DNA of 64,000 nucleotides from Klebsormidium nitens. Its lineage: Eukaryota > Plantae > Klebsormidiophyceae. The notes beneath the pieces are model-generated. The model was given only the letters and a program-made list of their open reading frames with translations, had not been told where the DNA came from and did no database searches. The stretch spans positions 6,544 through 70,543 of the forward strand of contig DF237434.1 in the NCBI GenBank assembly GCA_000708835.1. The letters are read 5' to 3'. A program made the translations under genes and the position numbers. This document shows, in pieces, positions 62,201 to 64,000 of this stretch. Every line of letters starts with the position of its first letter. The first letter of the stretch is position 1.

Positions 62201-63821
62201 GGGGATTCAAACGCACTGCCCTTTTTATCCCTTCTTTTTGTGCCACCTTTTCTCTTCCTTATCGACCCTTTGGATTGCCCCTTCCACTGCCCCTTTTCTT
62301 CGTCCGCTTACCTCCAAATGGTCACCTTTGTCCTTGGGGGGCCCGAGCTTCTCCCGAGCGCTGTTAACATTCCTCACCCCCGCCTTAACGCGGAGACCGC
62401 GGGCCAGAAGAGCCTTCACGACCTGCGGTGCAGAGGCACAGTTTCATACTAGCCGTCAACTTCAGCTTACAGGTTGATTGGGGTTACATGTTCCAAGTTT
62501 TTGGAACTGAATGTAAGTGCCACTCTGCTGAAGTGGTCGCCTTCGCAGCAACGTTGAGTGCTGCGGCGAGAATGGAAAAAGAGGTCTGACCATAACAATA
62601 TGCAATTAGCTGGAAAAGTCTCCCTTATCTAGGTGAAACCTCATACTCAGATCCATCTTTTGATCCTTAGACCACTCCTCTCACAAATCAATGAACTCTT
62701 GCGCAGTCTCAAAATCCTGACACAAGGAGAGGCTGGGTAGAAGGAAATTTCTCCTACTCGTCGTTTGACTTTAATATGGCTGGAATATAGCTGATTGCCC
62801 TACAAAAGAGAAGTTGCATTGAAGAAATCTGAGTGTTATTCAAGGTCCCCCCGTCCTTCATACTGCCACGAAAAAGTCAGCATTCCCAACAACTACAAGG
62901 ACAAACTTGAAACAAACTCAAGCTGTGCGTGTAAATTGAATTTCCCAGTGTCCAGCTCACTTTCTGTCCGGTAGCCCCTGTTGCCCCCGCCACAAACACC
63001 GTCGCAGGCGCTTTGATTGCGTGGCTCTGCTTCTGGCTAGAGGCCGCCACCGCCGACCCAGCCGCACTTGCCACCACTCTAGTTCTCCCCACCCCCTTTG
63101 ACAATGTGGTGCCCCTTTGGGAGCCAGTGCCTCCAAACCTGGACCCCGCGGGGCTGTTCACACCAGACACCCTCAAAAGGTCAGAAACTGTGCTCATATT
63201 CCCGCCCCCTGAGGCTTGATGTTTGCTGTGCCCCTGTTTTGAAGCGCCGCCAGCCTGTCTGGGGGGGTTCTCATACCCTGCATGCGACTGAGCCGCTTGC
63301 CCCCCCTGGGGATCCTTTGTTTCACCCTCCTTGTAGGCGGCATGTCCCTGTGCCCCCCCCTTTTCTGCATGAGCATCTTCCGCCTCGTTCTCATATCCTG
63401 CATGCTTCTGCTCAGAGTCTACGGGAACTTTCACCGCATCCCCCTCATTGTACTCACTGTGCTTCTGCTCGGAACTAGAGGTGGGGGTCTGCTTGGTGCT
63501 TGTGACCTCCTTCGGATTGTTCTGGTAGCCGCTGTGTGAAGCAGCGGAAACGTCCCCCTGTTGCTTTGGCGCGCTCTCGAATTCGCGCCCGCTGCCTCCG
63601 GCTGTTGCTGTGCTAGGGCCCTCAATTGCGCTGGCTGCAATCACAAAGCTTTTCCTGCATGCACGACCTTTTGGGAGAGCTTTTGAAGAAGCCTGCAATG
63701 AAGAACCTAGGAGTTGGCTGGGAAGGGCATGCTTAGCTGAGAAGTGCCTCTCTTGAATTGCCGTCGAGCTAGAGAAGCTGCTCAGAACAGACCCAATGGT
63801 CACTTGTGCTGCAGTGGCCAT
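59279..63821 (-). CDS. Plastid NAD(P)-binding Rossmann-fold protein (At2g34460-like, NAD_binding_10) with a long N-terminal repetitive insert
   Basis: Exons 63821-62961, 62422-62312, 61521-61402, 60880-60736, 60094-59934, 59413-59279; phase-consistent. VFVAGATGATG, KAGVR, LNPAFIFLNLFGLTLVAK, YTIVRPGGL, VAEVAAEALL..EASYKVVEV. Confidence 0.92.
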
Positions 63822-64000
63822 CGCTGCAGATCTTAAATTGAAGAGGAAAACGGACCAGCTGGACTGCGCGTTGGAATAATCTGCCTGTGAGGAGAGAATG
63901 TGCGCTCTTTCTACGTTTTTGCAGGGCTGGCTGTGCAATGCTGCGCTCGTTCTGTGGAACAGGCTTCACGGAACCTAGACTTGAGCTCACCGTCAGCTCA

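Overview
Eukaryotic, intron-rich (GT-AG) genomic DNA. Gene content (P-class PPR, SPARK-type receptor kinase, plant-type SMG9, CPL4, GCIP) and GC-rich exons best fit a streptophyte green alga such as Klebsormidium; this is inference. I assembled ten spliced genes by hand with phase-consistent exons: PPR protein (-), FAH-family hydrolase (-), double-SPARK receptor-like kinase (+), GCIP/CCNDBP1 (-), SMG9 (+), RPB10 (-), VOC/glyoxalase (+), unknown multi-TM protein (-), CPL4-type CTD phosphatase (+, interrupted by an 857-N gap) and an At2g34460-like NAD(P)-binding protein (-). A MITE-like inverted-repeat element sits at the left edge. The most striking pattern is recurrent 'splice-junction echo' arrays. 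Introns in PPR, GCIP, SMG9 and CPL4 (weakly FAH and VOC) contain degenerate tandem copies, mostly about 105-190 bp apart, of the neighbouring intron/exon junction. Each copy carries a splice site plus roughly 40-65 nt of exon sequence. No rRNA, CRISPR or confident tRNA gene was seen.
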